Assembly: GCA_964016885.1 (NCBI GenBank)
Contig: OZ024745.1
Location: forward strand, 6,386,001 to 6,450,000
Reading direction: 5' to 3'
Origin: Eledone cirrhosa
Lineage: Eukaryota
Length of the DNA stretch: 64,000 nucleotides
Part shown: piece by piece, positions 31,192-47,329 of the stretch
Numbering within the stretch: the stretch's first letter is position 1
Layout of the letters: the number at the start of each line of letters is the position of its first letter
The notes under the pieces: model-generated
The model's database searches: none
The model's input: the letters and a program-made list of their open reading frames with translations, nothing else
What the model was told of the DNA's origin: nothing
Program-made: the position numbers and the translations under genes

Positions 31192-34100
31192 GATATAGTA
31201 TTATAATGCTATCAGATATAGTATTATATTACTGTCAGATATAGTATTATATTACTGTCAGATATAGTATTATGATATTGTCAGATAGAGTATTATAATA
31301 CTGTCTGACAGTATTATATTCCTGTCAGATATAGTATTATATTACTGTTAGATATAGTGTTATAATACTGTCAGATATAGTATTATAATACTGTCAGATA
31401 TAGTATTATAATACTGTCAGATATAGTAATATATTATGTCAGATATAGTATTATATTACTGTCTCATATAGTATTATAATACTGTCAGATATAGTATTAT
31501 ATTACTGTCAGATATAGTATTATATTACTGTCTGATACAGTATTATAATACCGTCAGATATAGTATTATATTACTGTCAGATATAGTATTATATTACTGT
31601 CAGATCTAGTGTTATAATACTGTCAGATATAGTATTATAATACTGTCTGACAGTATTATATTATTGAAAGATATAGTATTATATTACTGTTAGATATAGT
31701 ATTATAATACTGTCAGATATTGTATTATATTACTGTCAGATATAGTATTATAATACTTCTCAGATATAGTATTATATTACTGTCAGATATAGTATTATAA
31801 TACTGTCTGACAGTATTATATTAGTGTCAGATATAGTATTATATTACTGTCAGATATAGTATTATAATACTGTCAGATATAGTGTTATAATACTGTCAGA
31901 TATAGTATTATAATACTGTTAGATATAGTATTATATTACTGTTAGATATAGTATTATAATACTGTCAGATATAGTATTATAATACTGTCTGAGATAGTAT
32001 TATATTACTGTCAGATATATTATTATATTACTGTCAGATATAGTATTATATTACTGTCAGATATAGTATTATAATACTGTCAGATATAATATTATAATAC
32101 TGTCAGATATAGAATTATAATACTGTCTGATATAGTATTATATTATTGTAAGATATAGTATTATAATACTCTCAGATATAGTATTATATTACTGTTAGAT
32201 ATAGTATTATAATACTGTCAGATATAATGTTATAATACTGTCAGATATATTATTATATTACTGTCAGATATAGTATTATAATGCTATCAGATATAGTATT
32301 ATATTACTGTCAGATATAGTATTATATTACTGTCAGATATAGTATTATAATCCTGTCAGATAGAGTATTATAATACTGTCTGACAGTATTATATTCCTGT
32401 TAGATATAGTGTTATAATACTGTCAGATATAGTATTATAATACTGTCAGATATAGTATTATAACACTGTCAGATATAGTATTATATTACTGTCAGATATA
32501 GTATTATAATACTTTCAGATATAGTATTATATTACTGTCAGATATAGTATTATATTACTGTCAGATATAGTATTATATTACTGTCAGATATAGTATTATA
32601 ATACTGTCAGATATAATATTATAATACTGTCAGATATAGAATTATAATACTCTCAGATATAGTATTGTATTACTGTTAGATATAGTATTATAATACTGTC
32701 TGATATAGTATTATAATACTGTCAGATATAGTATTATATTACTGTTAGATATAGTATTATATTTCTGTCTGATATCGTATTATATTACTGTCAGATAGAG
32801 TATTATAATACTGTCAGTTATAGTATTATATTACTGTAAGATATAGTATTATAATACTGACAGATATTGTATTATATCACTGTCAGATATAGTATTATAA
32901 TTCTGCCAGATATAGTATTATATTACTGTCAGTTATAGTATTATAATACTGTCTGATAGAGTATTATAATACTGTCTGACAGTATTATATTACTGTCAGA
33001 TATAGTATTATAATACTTCTCAGATATAGTATTATAATACTGTCAGATATAGTATTATAATATTGTCAGATATAGTGTTATAATACTGTCAGATATAGTA
33101 TTATAATACTGTCAGATATAGTATCATATTACTGTTAGATATAGTAATATAATACTGTCAGATATAGTATTATATTAATGTCAGATATAGTATTATAAAC
33201 TGTCAGGTATAGTATTATACTGTCAGTTATAGTATTATAACACTGTTAGATATAGTATTATATTACTGTCAGATATAGTATTATAATATTGTCACATATT
33301 GTATTATATCATTTTCAGATATAGTATTATAATACTGTCAGTTATAGTATTATATTACTGTCAGATATAGTATTATAATACTGTCAGATATTGTATTATA
33401 TTACCGTCAGATATAGTATTATAATACTGTCAGATATAGTATTATATTACTGTCAGATATAGTATTATATTACTGTCAGATATAGTATTATAATACTGTC
33501 TGATATTGTATTATATCACTGTCAGATATAGTATTATAATACTCTCAGTTATAGTATTATATTACTGTCAGATATAGTATTATATTACTGTCAGATATAG
33601 TATTATATTACTGTCAGATATAGTATTATATTACTGTCAGATATAGTATTATATTACTGTCAGATATAGTATTATATTACTGTCTGATATTGTATTATAT
33701 CACTGTCAGATATAGTATTATAATACTTCTCAGATATAGTATTATATTACTGTTAGATATAGTATTATAATACTGTCAGATATTGTATTATATTACTGTC
33801 AGATATAGTATTATAATATTTCTCAGATATAGTATTATATTACTGTCAGATATAGTATTATAATACTGTCAGATATTGTATTATATTACTGTCAGATATA
33901 GTATTATATTACTGTCAGATATAGTGTTATAATACTGTCTGATATAGTATTATAATACTGTCAGTTATAGTATTATATTACTGTCAGATATAGTATTATA
34001 TTACTGTCAGATATAGTATTATATTACTGTCAGATATAGTATTAATTTACTGTCAGATATAGTATTATAATACTGTCTGATATTGTATTATATCACTGTC

Positions 34101-35699
34101 AGATATAGTATTATATTACTGTCTGATATAGTATTATATCACTGTCAGATAAAGTATTATAATGCTGTCAGATATAGTATTATAATACTGTCAGATATAG
34201 TATTATAATACTGTCAGATATGTTATTATAATACTGTAAGATATAGTATTATATTACTGTCAGATATAGTATTATAATACTGTCAGATATAGTATTATAA
34301 TACTGTGAGATATAGTATTATAATACTGTCAGATATAGTATTATATTACTGTTAGATATAGTATTATAATACTGTCAGATATAATTTTATAATACTGTCA
34401 GATATAGTATTGTAATACTGTCTGATATAGTATTATAATATTGTCAGATATAGTATTATATTACTGTCAGATATAGTATTATATTACTGTCAGATATAGT
34501 ATTATAATACTGTCAGATATAATATTATAACACTGTCAGATATAGAGTTATAATACTGTCTGATATAGTATTATATTATTGTCAGATATAGTATTATATT
34601 ACTGTCAGATAAAGTATTATATTACTGTTAGATATAGTATTATAATACTGTCAGATATAGTATTATATTATTGTCAGATATAGTATTATATTACTGTCTG
34701 ATATAGTATTAAAATACTGTCAGATACAGTATTATATTACTGTCAGATATAGTATTATAATACTGTCTGATATTGTATTATATTACTGTTTGATATAGTA
34801 TTATATTTCTGTCTGATATAGTATTATATTACTGTCAGATATAGTATTATAATACTGTCAGATATAGTATTATAATACTGTCAGATATAGTATTATATTA
34901 CTTTTAGATATAGTATTATATTACTGTCAGATACAGTATTATATTACTGTCAGATATAGTATTATAATACTGTCAGATATAGTATTATAATACTGTCAGA
35001 TATAGTATTATAATACTGTCAGATATAGTATTATATTACTGTTAGATATTGTATTATATTACTGTCAGCTATAGTATTATAATACTGTCTGACAGTACTA
35101 TATTACTGTCAGATAAAGTATTATATTACTGTCAGATATAGTGTTATAATACTGTAAGATATAGTATTATATTACTGTCAGATATAGTGTGATAATACTG
35201 TCTGATATAGTATTATAATACTGTCAGATATAGTATTATAATACTGTCAGATATAGTATTATATTACTGTCAGATATAGTGTGATAATACTGTCTGATAT
35301 AGTATTATAATACTGTCAGATATTGTATTATATTACTGTCAGATATAGTATTATAATACTTCTCAGATATAGTATTATATTACTGTTAGATATAGTATTA
35401 TAATACTGTCAGATATTGTATTATATTACTGTCAGATATAGTATTATAATATTTCTCAGATATAGTATTATATTACTGTCAGATATAGTATTATAATACT
35501 GTCTAACAGTATTATATTACTGTCAGATATAGTATTATATTACTGTCAGACATAGTGTTATAATACTGTCTGATATAGTATTATAATACTGTCAGTTATA
35601 GTATTATATTACTGTCAGATATAGTATTATATTACTGTCAGATATAGTATTATAATACTCTCAGATATAGTATTATAATACTGTCAGATATAGTGTTAT

Positions 35700-36420
35700 A
35701 ATACTGTCAGATATAGTATTATATTACTGTCAGATATAGTATTATAATACTGTCTGATATTGTATTATATCACTGTCAGATATAGTATTATAATACTCTC
35801 AGTTATAGTATTATATTACTATCAGATATAGTATTATATTACTGTCAGATATAGTATTATATTACTGTCAGATATAGTATTAATTTACTGTCAGATATAG
35901 TATTATAATACTGTCTGATATTGTATTATATCACTGTCAGATATAGTATTATATTACTGTCTGATATAGTATTATATCACTGTCAGATGAAGTATTATAA
36001 TGATGTCAGATATAGTATTATAATACTGTCAGATATAGTATTATAATACTGTCAGATATAGTATTATAATACTGTCAGATATAGTATTATATTACTGTCA
36101 GATATAGTATTATAATACTGTCTGATATTGTATTATATCACTGTCAGATATAGTATTATAATACTCTCAGTTATAGTATTATATTACTATCAGATATAGT
36201 ATTATATTACTGTCAGATATAGTATTATATTACTGTCAGATATAGTATTAATTTACTGTCAGATATAGTATTATAATACTGTCTGATATTGTATTATATC
36301 ACTGTCAGATATAGTATTATATTACTGTCTGATATAGTATTATATCACTGTCAGATGAAGTATTATAATGATGTCAGATATAGTATTATAATACTGTCAG
36401 ATATAGTATTATAATACTGT
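35700..36420. repeat. Exact 16-monomer (368-bp) tandem duplication
   Basis: ACTATCAG at 35818/36186 and GATGAAGTATTATAATGATG at about 35986/36354; offset 368 = 16 x 23. Confidence 0.85.
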
Positions 36421-39400
36421 CAGATATAGTATTATAATACTGTCAGATATAGTATTATAATACTGTCAGATATAGTATTATATTACTGTTAGATATAGTA
36501 TTATAATACTGTCAGATATAATGTTATAATACTGTTAGATATAGTATTATAATACTGTCTGATATAGTATTATAATATTGTCAGATATAGTATTATATTA
36601 CTGTCAGATATAGTATTATATTACTGTCAGATATAGTATTATAATACTGTCAGATATAATATTATAACACTGTCAGATATAGAGTTATAATACTGTCTGA
36701 TATAGTATTATATTATTGTCAGATATAGTATTATATAACTGTCAGATAAAGTATTATATTACTGTTAGATATAGTATTATAATACTGTCAGATATAGTAT
36801 TATATTATTGTCAGATATAGTATTATATTACTGTCTGATATAGTATTAAAATACTGTCAGATACAGTATTATATTACTGTCAGATATAGTATTATAATAC
36901 TGTCTGATATTGTATTATATTACTGTTTGATATAGTATTATATTTCTGTCTGATATAGTATTATATTACTGTCAGATATAGTATTATAATACTGTCAGAT
37001 ATAGTATTATAATACTGTCAGATATAGTATTATATTACTTTTAGATATAGTATTATATTACTGTCAGATACAGTATTATATTACTGTCAGATATAGTATT
37101 ATAATACTGTCAGATATAGTATTATAATACTGTCAGATATAGTATTATAATACTGTCAGATATAGTATTATATTACTGTCAGATATTGTATTATATTACT
37201 GTCAGCTATAGTATTATAATACTGTCTGACAGTACTATATTACTGTCAGATAAAGTATTATATTACTGTCAGATATAGTGTTATAATACTGTAACATATA
37301 GTATTATATTACTGTCAGATATAGTGTGATAATACTGTCTGATATAGTATTATAATACTGTCAGATATAGTGTGATAATACTGTCTGATATAGTATTATA
37401 ATACTGTCAGATATTGTATTATATTACTGTCAGATATAGTATTATAATACTTCTCAGATATAGTATTATATTACTGTTAGATATAGTATTATAATACTGT
37501 CAGATATTGTATTATATTACTGTCAGATATAGTATTATAATATTTCTCAGATATAGTATTATATTACTGTCAGATATAGTATTATAATACTGACTAACAG
37601 TATTATATTACTGTCAGATATAGTATTATATTACTGTCAGATATAGTGTTATAATACTGTCTGATATAGTATTATAATACTGTCAGTTATAGTATTATAT
37701 TACTGTCAGATATAGTATTATATTACTGTCAGATATAGTATTATAATACTGTCAGATATAGTATTATAATACTGTCAGATATAGTATTATAATACTGTCA
37801 GATATAGTATTATATTACTGTCAGATATAGTATTATAATACTGTCTGATATTGTATTATATCACTGTCAGATATAGTATTATAATACTCTCAGTTATAGT
37901 ATTATATTACTGTCAGATATAGTATTATATTACTGTCAGATATAGTATTATATTACTGTCAGATATAGTATTAATTTACTGTCAGATATAGTATTATAAT
38001 ACTGTCTGATATTGTATTATATCACTGTCAGATATAGTATTATATTACTGTCTGATATAGTATTATATCACTGTCAGATGAAGTATTATAATGATGTCAG
38101 ATATAGTATTATAATACTGTCAGATATAGTATTATAATACTGTCAGATATGTTATTATAATACTGTAAGATATAGTATTATATTACTGTCAGATATAGTA
38201 TTATAATACTGTCAGATATAGTATTATAATACTGTCAGATATAGTATTATATTACTGTTAGATATAGTATTATAATACTGTCAGATATAATGTTATAATA
38301 CTGTCAGATATAGTATTATAATACTGTCAGATATAGTATTATATTACTGTCAGATATATTATTATATTACTGACAGATATAGTATTGTATTGCTGTCAGA
38401 TATAGAATTATAATACTGTCAGATATAATTTTATAATACTGTCAGATATAGTATTATAATACTGTCAGATATAGTATTATATTATTGTCAGATATAGTAT
38501 TATAATACTGCCTGATATAGTATTATAATATTGTCAGATATAGTATTATATTACTGTCAGATATAGTATTATATTACCGTCAGATATAGTATTATAATAC
38601 TGTCAGATATAATATTATAACACTGTCAGATATAGAATTATTGTAAATTACTGTCTGATATAGTATTATATTATTGTCAGATATAGTATTATATTACTGT
38701 CAGATAAAGTATTATATTACTGTTAGATATAGTATTATAATACTGTCGGATATAGTATTATATTATTGTCAGATATAGTATTATATTACTGTCTGATATA
38801 GTATTAAAATACTGTCAGATACAGTATTATATTACTGTCAGATATAGTATTATAATACTGTCTGATATTGTATTATATTACTGTTTGATATAGTATTATA
38901 TTTCTGTCTGATATAGTATTATATTACTGTCAGATATAGTATTATAATACTGTCAGATATAGTATTATAATACTGTCAGATATAGTATTATATTACTCTT
39001 AGATATAGTATTATATTACTGTCAGATATAGTATTATATTACTGTCAGATATAGTATTATAATACTGTCAGATATAGTATTATAATACTGTCAGATATAG
39101 TATTATAATACTGTCAGATATAGTATTATATTACTGTCAGATATTGTATTATATTACTGTCAGCTATAGTATTATAATACTGTCTGACAGTACTATATTA
39201 CTGTCAGATAAAGTATTATATTACTGTCAGATATAGTGTTATAATACCGTAAGATATAGTATTATATTACTGTCAGATATAGTGTGATAATACTGTCTGA
39301 TATAGTATTATAATACTGTCAGATATAGTATCATAATACTGTCAGATATAGTATTATATCACTGTCAGATATAGTATTATAATACTGTCAGATATTGTAT

Positions 39401-40139
39401 TATATCACTGTCAGATATTGTATTATAGTACTGTCAGATATAGTATTATAATATTTCTGATACTGTATTATATCACTGTCAGATATAGTATTATAATACT
39501 CTCAGATATATTATTATATTACTGTCAGATATAGTATTATAATACTATCAGATATAATATTATAATACTGTCAGATATAGAATTATATTACTGTCAGATA
39601 TAGTATTATATTATTGTCAGATATAGTATTATAATACTGTCAGATATAATGTTATAATACTGTCAGATATATTATTATATTACTGTCAGATATAGTATTA
39701 TAATGCTATCAGATATAATATTATATTACTGTCAGATATAGTATTATATTACTGTCAGATATAGTATTATAATACTGTCAGATAGAGTATTACAATACTG
39801 TCTGACAGTATTATATTCCTGTCAGATATAGTATTATATTACTGTTAGATATAGTGTTATAATACTGTCAGATATAGTATTATAATACTGTCAGATATAG
39901 TATTATAGTACTGTCAGATATAGTAATATATTATGTCAAATATAGTATTATATTACTGTCAGATATAGTATTATATTACTGTCTGATATAGTATTATAAT
40001 ACTGTCAGATATAGTATTATATTACTGTCAGATATAGTATTATATTACTGTCTGATACAGTATTATAATACCGTCAGATATAGTATTATATTACTGTCTG
40101 ACAGTATTATATTATTGTCAGATATAGTATTATATTACT

Positions 40140-43100
40140 GTCAGATATAGTGTTATAATACTGTCAGATATAGTATTATATTACTGTCAGATATAGTGTT
40201 ATAATACTGTATGATAGAGTATTATAATATTGTCAGATATTGTATTATATTTCTGTCAGATATAGTATTATAATACTTCTCAGATATAGTATTATATTAC
40301 TGTTAGATATAGTATTATGATACTGTCAGATATTGTATTATATTACTGTCAGATATAGTATTATAATACTTCTCAGATATAGTATTATATTACTGTCAGA
40401 TATAGTATTATAATACTGTCTGACAGTATTATATTACTGTCAGATATAGTATTATATTACTGTCAGATATAGTATTATAATACTGTCAGATATAGTGTTA
40501 TAATACTGTCAGATATAGTATTATAATACTGTCAGATATACTATTATATTACTGTTAGACATAGTATTATAATACTGTCAGATATAGTATTATAATACTG
40601 TCTGAGATAGTATTATATTACTGTCAGATATAGTATTATATTACTGTCAGATATAATATTATATTACTGTCTGATATAGTATTATAATACTGTATGATAG
40701 AGTATTATATTACTGTCAGATATAGTATTATAATACTGTCAGATATAGTGTTATAATACTGTCAGATATAGTATTATAATACTGTCAGATATACTATTAT
40801 ATTACTGTCAGATATAGTATTATATTACTGTCTGATACAGTATTATAATACCGTCAGATATAGTATTATATTACTGTCAGATATAGTATTATGTTACTGT
40901 CTGATATAGTATTATATTACTGTCAGATCTAGTGTTATAATACTGTCAGATCTAGTATTATAATACTGTCTGACAGTATTATATTATTGTCAGATATAGT
41001 ATTATATTACTGTCAGATATAGTGTTATAATACTGTCAGATATAGTATTATATTACTGTCTGATATAGTATTATAATACTGTCAGATATATTATTATATT
41101 ACTGTCAGATATAGTATTATAATGCTATCAGATATAGTATTATATTACTGTCAGATATCGTATTATGTTACTGTCAGATATAGTATTATAATACTGTCAG
41201 ATAGAGTATTATAATACTGTCTGACAGTATTATATTCCTGTCAGATATAGTATTATATTACTGTTAGATATAGTGTTATAATACTGTCAGATATAGTATT
41301 ATAATACTGTCAGATATAGTTTTATAATACTGTCAGATATAGTAATATATTATGTCAGATATAGTATTATATTACTGTCAGATATAGTATTATATTACTG
41401 TCTGATATAGTATTATAATACTGTCAGATATAGTATTATATTACTGTCAGATATAGTATTATATTACTGTCTGATACAGTATTATAATACCGTCAGATAT
41501 AGTATTATATTACTGTCAGATATAGTATTATATTACTGTCTGATATAGTATTATATTACTGTCAGATCTTGTGTTATAATACTGTCAGATCTAGTATTAT
41601 AATACTGTCTGACAGTATTATATTATTGTCAGATATAGATTATATTACTGTCAGATATAGTGTTATAATACTGTATGATAGAGTATTATAATATTGTCAG
41701 ATATTGTATTATATTTCTGTCAGATATAGTATTATAATACTTCTCAGATATAGTATTATATTACTGTTAGATATAGTATTATAATACTGTCAGATATTGT
41801 ATTATAATACTGTCTGAGATAGTATTATATTACTGTCAGATATAGTATTATATTACTGTCAGATATAATATTATATTACTGTCTGATATAGTATTATAAT
41901 ACTTTATGATAGAGTATTATATTATTGTCAGATATAGTATTATGATACTCTCAGATATAGTATTATATAACTGTTAGATATAGTATTATAATACTGTCTG
42001 ATATAGTATTATAATACTGTCAGATATAGTATTATATTACTGTTAGATATAGTATTATATTTTTGTCTGATATCGTATTATATTACTGTCAGATATAGTA
42101 TTATAATACTGTCAGATATAGTATTATAATACTGTCAGATATAGTATTATATTACTGTTAGATATAGTATTATATTACTGTCAGATATAGTATTATATTA
42201 CTGTCAGATATAGTATTATAATACTGTCAGATATAGTATTATAATACTGTCAGATATATTATTATAATACTGTCAGATATAGTATTATATTACTGTCAGA
42301 TATAGTATTATAATACTGTCTTATAGAGTATTATAATACTGTCAGATATAGTATTATATTACTGTCAGATATAGTATTATAACACTGTCAGATATAGTAT
42401 TATAATACTGTCAGATATAGTATTATAATACTGACAGATATATTATTATAATTTTGTCAGATATAGTATTATATTACTGTCAGATATAGTATTATAATAC
42501 TGTCAGATATAGTATTATATTACTGTTAGATATAGTATTATATTACTGTCAGATCTAGTATTATAATACTGTCTGATGTTGTATCATATCACTGTCAGAT
42601 ATAGTATAATAATACTGTCAGTTATAGTATTATATTACTGTCAGATATAGTATTATAATACTGTCAGATATAGTGTTATAATACTGTCAGATATAGTATT
42701 ATATTACTGTCAGATATAGTGTTATAATACTGTATGATAGAGTATTATAATAGTGTCAGATATTGTATTATATTTCTGTCAGATATAGTATTATAATACT
42801 TCTCAGATATAGTATTATATTACTGTTAGATATAGTATTATGATACTGTCAGATATTGTATTATATTACTGTCAGATATAGTATTATAATACTTCTCAGA
42901 TATAGTATTATATTACTGTCAGATATAGTATTATAATACTGTCTGACAGTATTATATTACTGTCAGATATAGTATTATATTACTGTCAGATATAGTATTA
43001 TAATACTGTCAGATATAGTGTTATAATACTGTCAGATATAGTATTATAATACTGTCAGATATACTATTATATTACTGTTAGACATAGTATTATAATACTG

Positions 43101-44770
43101 TCAGATATAGTATTATAATACTGTCTGAGATAGTATTATATTACTGTCAGATATAGTATTATATTACTGTCAGATATAATATTATATTACTGTCTGATAT
43201 AGTATTATAATACTGTATGATAGAGTATTATATTACTGTCAGATATAGTATTATAATACTGTCAGATATAGTGTTATAATACTGTCAGATATAGTATTAT
43301 AATACTGTCAGATATACTATTATATTACTGTCAGATATAGTATTATATTACTGTCTGATACAGTATTATAATACCGTCAGATATAGTATTATATTACTGT
43401 CAGATATAGTATTATGTTACTGTCTGATATAGTATTATATTACTGTCAGATCTAGTGTTATAATACTGTCAGATCTAGTATTATAATACTGTCTGACAGT
43501 ATTATATTATTGTCAGATATAGTATTATATTACTGTCAGATATAGTGTTATAATACTGTCAGATATAGTATTATATTACTGTCTGATATAGTATTATAAT
43601 ACTGTCAGATATATTATTATATTACTGTCAGATATAGTATTATAATGCTATCAGATATAGTATTATATTACTGTCAGATATCGTATTATGTTACTGTCAG
43701 ATATAGTATTATAATACTGTCAGATAGAGTATTATAATACTGTCTGACAGTATTATATTCCTGTCAGATATAGTATTATATTACTGTTAGATATAGTGTT
43801 ATAATACTGTCAGATATAGTATTATAATACTGTCAGATATAGTTTTATAATACTGTCAGATATAGTAATATATTATGTCAGATATAGTATTATATTACTG
43901 TCAGATATAGTATTATATTACTGTCTGATATAGTATTATAATACTGTCAGATATAGTATTATATTACTGTCAGATATAGTATTATATTACTGTCTGATAC
44001 AGTATTATAATACCGTCAGATATAGTATTATATTACTGTCAGATATAGTATTATATTACTGTCTGATATAGTATTATATTACTGTCAGATCTTGTGTTAT
44101 AATACTGTCAGATCTAGTATTATAATACTGTCTGACAGTATTATATTATTGTCAGATATAGATTATATTACTGTCAGATATAGTGTTATAATACTGTATG
44201 ATAGAGTATTATAATATTGTCAGATATTGTATTATATTTCTGTCAGATATAGTATTATAATACTTCTCAGATATAGTATTATATTACTGTTAGATATAGT
44301 ATTATAATACTGTCAGATATTGTATTATAATACTGTCTGAGATAGTATTATATTACTGTCAGATATAGTATTATATTACTGTCAGATATAATATTATATT
44401 ACTGTCTGATATAGTATTATAATACTTTATGATAGAGTATTATATTATTGTCAGATATAGTATTATGATACTCTCAGATATAGTATTATATAACTGTTAG
44501 ATATAGTATTATAATACTGTCTGATATAGTATTATAATACTGTCAGATATAGTATTATATTACTGTTAGATATAGTATTATATTTCTGTCTGATATCGTA
44601 TTATATTACTGTCAGATATAGTATTATAATACTGTCAGATATAGTATTATAATACTGTCAGATATAGTATTATATTACTGTTAGATATAGTATTATATTA
44701 CTGTCAGATATAGTATTATATTACTGTCAGATATAGTATTATAATACTGTCAGATATAGTATTATAATAC
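40140..44770. repeat. About 2523-bp higher-order tandem duplication
   Basis: GATCTTGTGTT at about 41565/44088, AGTTTTATAAT at about 41318/43841, ACTTTATGATAGAG at about 41901/44424. A partial third copy lies at about 51100-52280. Confidence 0.85.
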
Positions 44771-47329
44771 TGACAGATATATTATTATAATTTTGTCAGA
44801 TATAGTATTATATTACTGTCAGATATAGTATTATAATACTGTCAGATATAGTATTATATTACTGTTAGATATAGTATTATATTACTGTCAGATCTAGTAT
44901 TATAATACTGTCTGATGTTGTATCATATCACTGTCAGATATAGTATAATAATACTGTCAGTTATAGTATTATATTACTGTCAGATATAGTATTATAATAC
45001 TGTCAGATATTGTATTATATCACTGTCAGATATAGTATTATAATACTGTCAGATATTGTATTATATCACTGTCAGATATTGTATTATATTACTGTCAGAT
45101 ATATTATTATAATACTGTAAGATATAGTATTATATTACTGTCAGATATAGTATTATAATACTATCAGATATAATGTTATAATACTGTCAGATATAGAATT
45201 ATATTACTGTCAGATATAGTATTATATTATTGTCAGATATAGTATTATAATACTGTCAGATATAGTATTATATTACTGTTAGATATAGTATTATAATACT
45301 GTCAGATATAATGTTATAATACTGTCAGATATATTATTATATTACTGTCAGATATAGTATTATAATGCTATCAGATATAGTATTATATTACTGTCAGATA
45401 TAGTATTATATTACTGTCAGATATAGTATTATGATATTGTCAGATAGAGTATTATAATACTGTCTGACAGTATTATATTCCTGTCAGATATAGTATTATA
45501 TTACTGTTAGATATAGTGTTATAATACTGTCAGATATAGTATTATAATACTGTCAGATATAGTATTATAATACTGTCAGATATAGTAATATATTATGTCA
45601 GATATAGTATTATATTACTGTCAGATATAGTATTATGTTACTGTCTCATATAGTATTATGATACTGTCAGATATAGTATTATATTACTGTCAGATATAGT
45701 ATTATATTACTGTCTGATACAGTATTATAATACCGTCAGATATAGTATTATATTACTGTCAGATATAGTATTATATTACTGTCAGATCTAGTGTTATAAT
45801 ACTGTCAGATATAGTATTATAATACTGTCTGACAGTATTATATTATTGTAAGATATAGTATTATATTACTGTTAGATATAGTATTATAATACTGTCAGAT
45901 ATTGTATTATATTACTGTCAGATATAGTATTATAATACTTCTCAGATATAGTATTATATTACTGTCAGATATAGTATTATAATACTGTCAGATATAGTGT
46001 TATAATACTGTCAGATATAGTATAATAATACTGTTAGATATAGTATTATATTACTGTTAGATATAGTATTATAATACTGTCAGATATAGTATTATAATAC
46101 TGTCTGAGATAGTATTATATTACTGTCAGATATATTATTATATTACTGTCAGATATAGTATAATATTACTGTCAGATATAGTATTATAATTCTGTCAGAT
46201 ATAATATTATAATACTGTCAGATATAGAATTATAATACTGTCTGATATAGTATTATATTATTGTAAGATATAGTATTATAATACTCTCAGATATAGTATT
46301 ATATTACTGTTAGATATAGTATTATAATACTGTCAGATATAATGTTATAATACTGTCAGATATATTATTATATTACTGTCAGATATAGTATTATAATGCT
46401 ATCAGATATAGTATTATATTACTGTCAGATATAGTATTATATTACTGTCAGATATAGTATTATAATACTGTCAGATAGAGTATTATAATACTGTCTGACA
46501 GTATTATATTCCTGTTAGATATAGTGTTATAATACTGTCAGATATAGTATTATAATACTGTCAGATATAGTATTATAACACTGTCAGATATAGTATTATA
46601 TTACTGTCAGATATAGTATTATAATACTTTCAGATATAGTATTATATTACTGTCAGATATAGTATTATATTACTGTCAGATATAGTATTATATTACTGTC
46701 AGATATAGTATTATAATACTGTCAGATATAATATTATAATACTGTCAGATATAGAATTATAATACTGTCAGATATGTTATTATAATACTGTAAGATATAA
46801 TACAGTATTATAATACAGTATTATAAACTGTCAGGTATAGTATTATACTGTCAGTTATAGTATTATAACACTGTTAGATATAGTATTATATTACTGTCAG
46901 ATATAGTATTATAATATTGTCAGATATTGTATTATATCATTGTCAGATATAGTATTATAATACTGTCAGTTATAGTATTATATTACTGTCAGATATAGTA
47001 TTATAATACTGTCAGATATTGTATTATTTTACCGTCAGATATAGTATTATAATACTGTCAGATATAGTATTATATTACTGTCAGATATAGTATTATATTA
47101 CTGTCAGATATAGTATTATAATACTGTCTGATAATGTACTATATCACTGTCAGATATAGTATTATAATACTCTCAGTTATAGTATTATATTACTGTCAGA
47201 TATAGTATTATATTACTGTCAGATATAGTATTATATTACTGTCAAATATAGTATTATATTACTGTCAGATATAGTATTATATTACTGTCAGATATAGTAT
47301 TATATTACTGTCTGATATTGTATTATATC

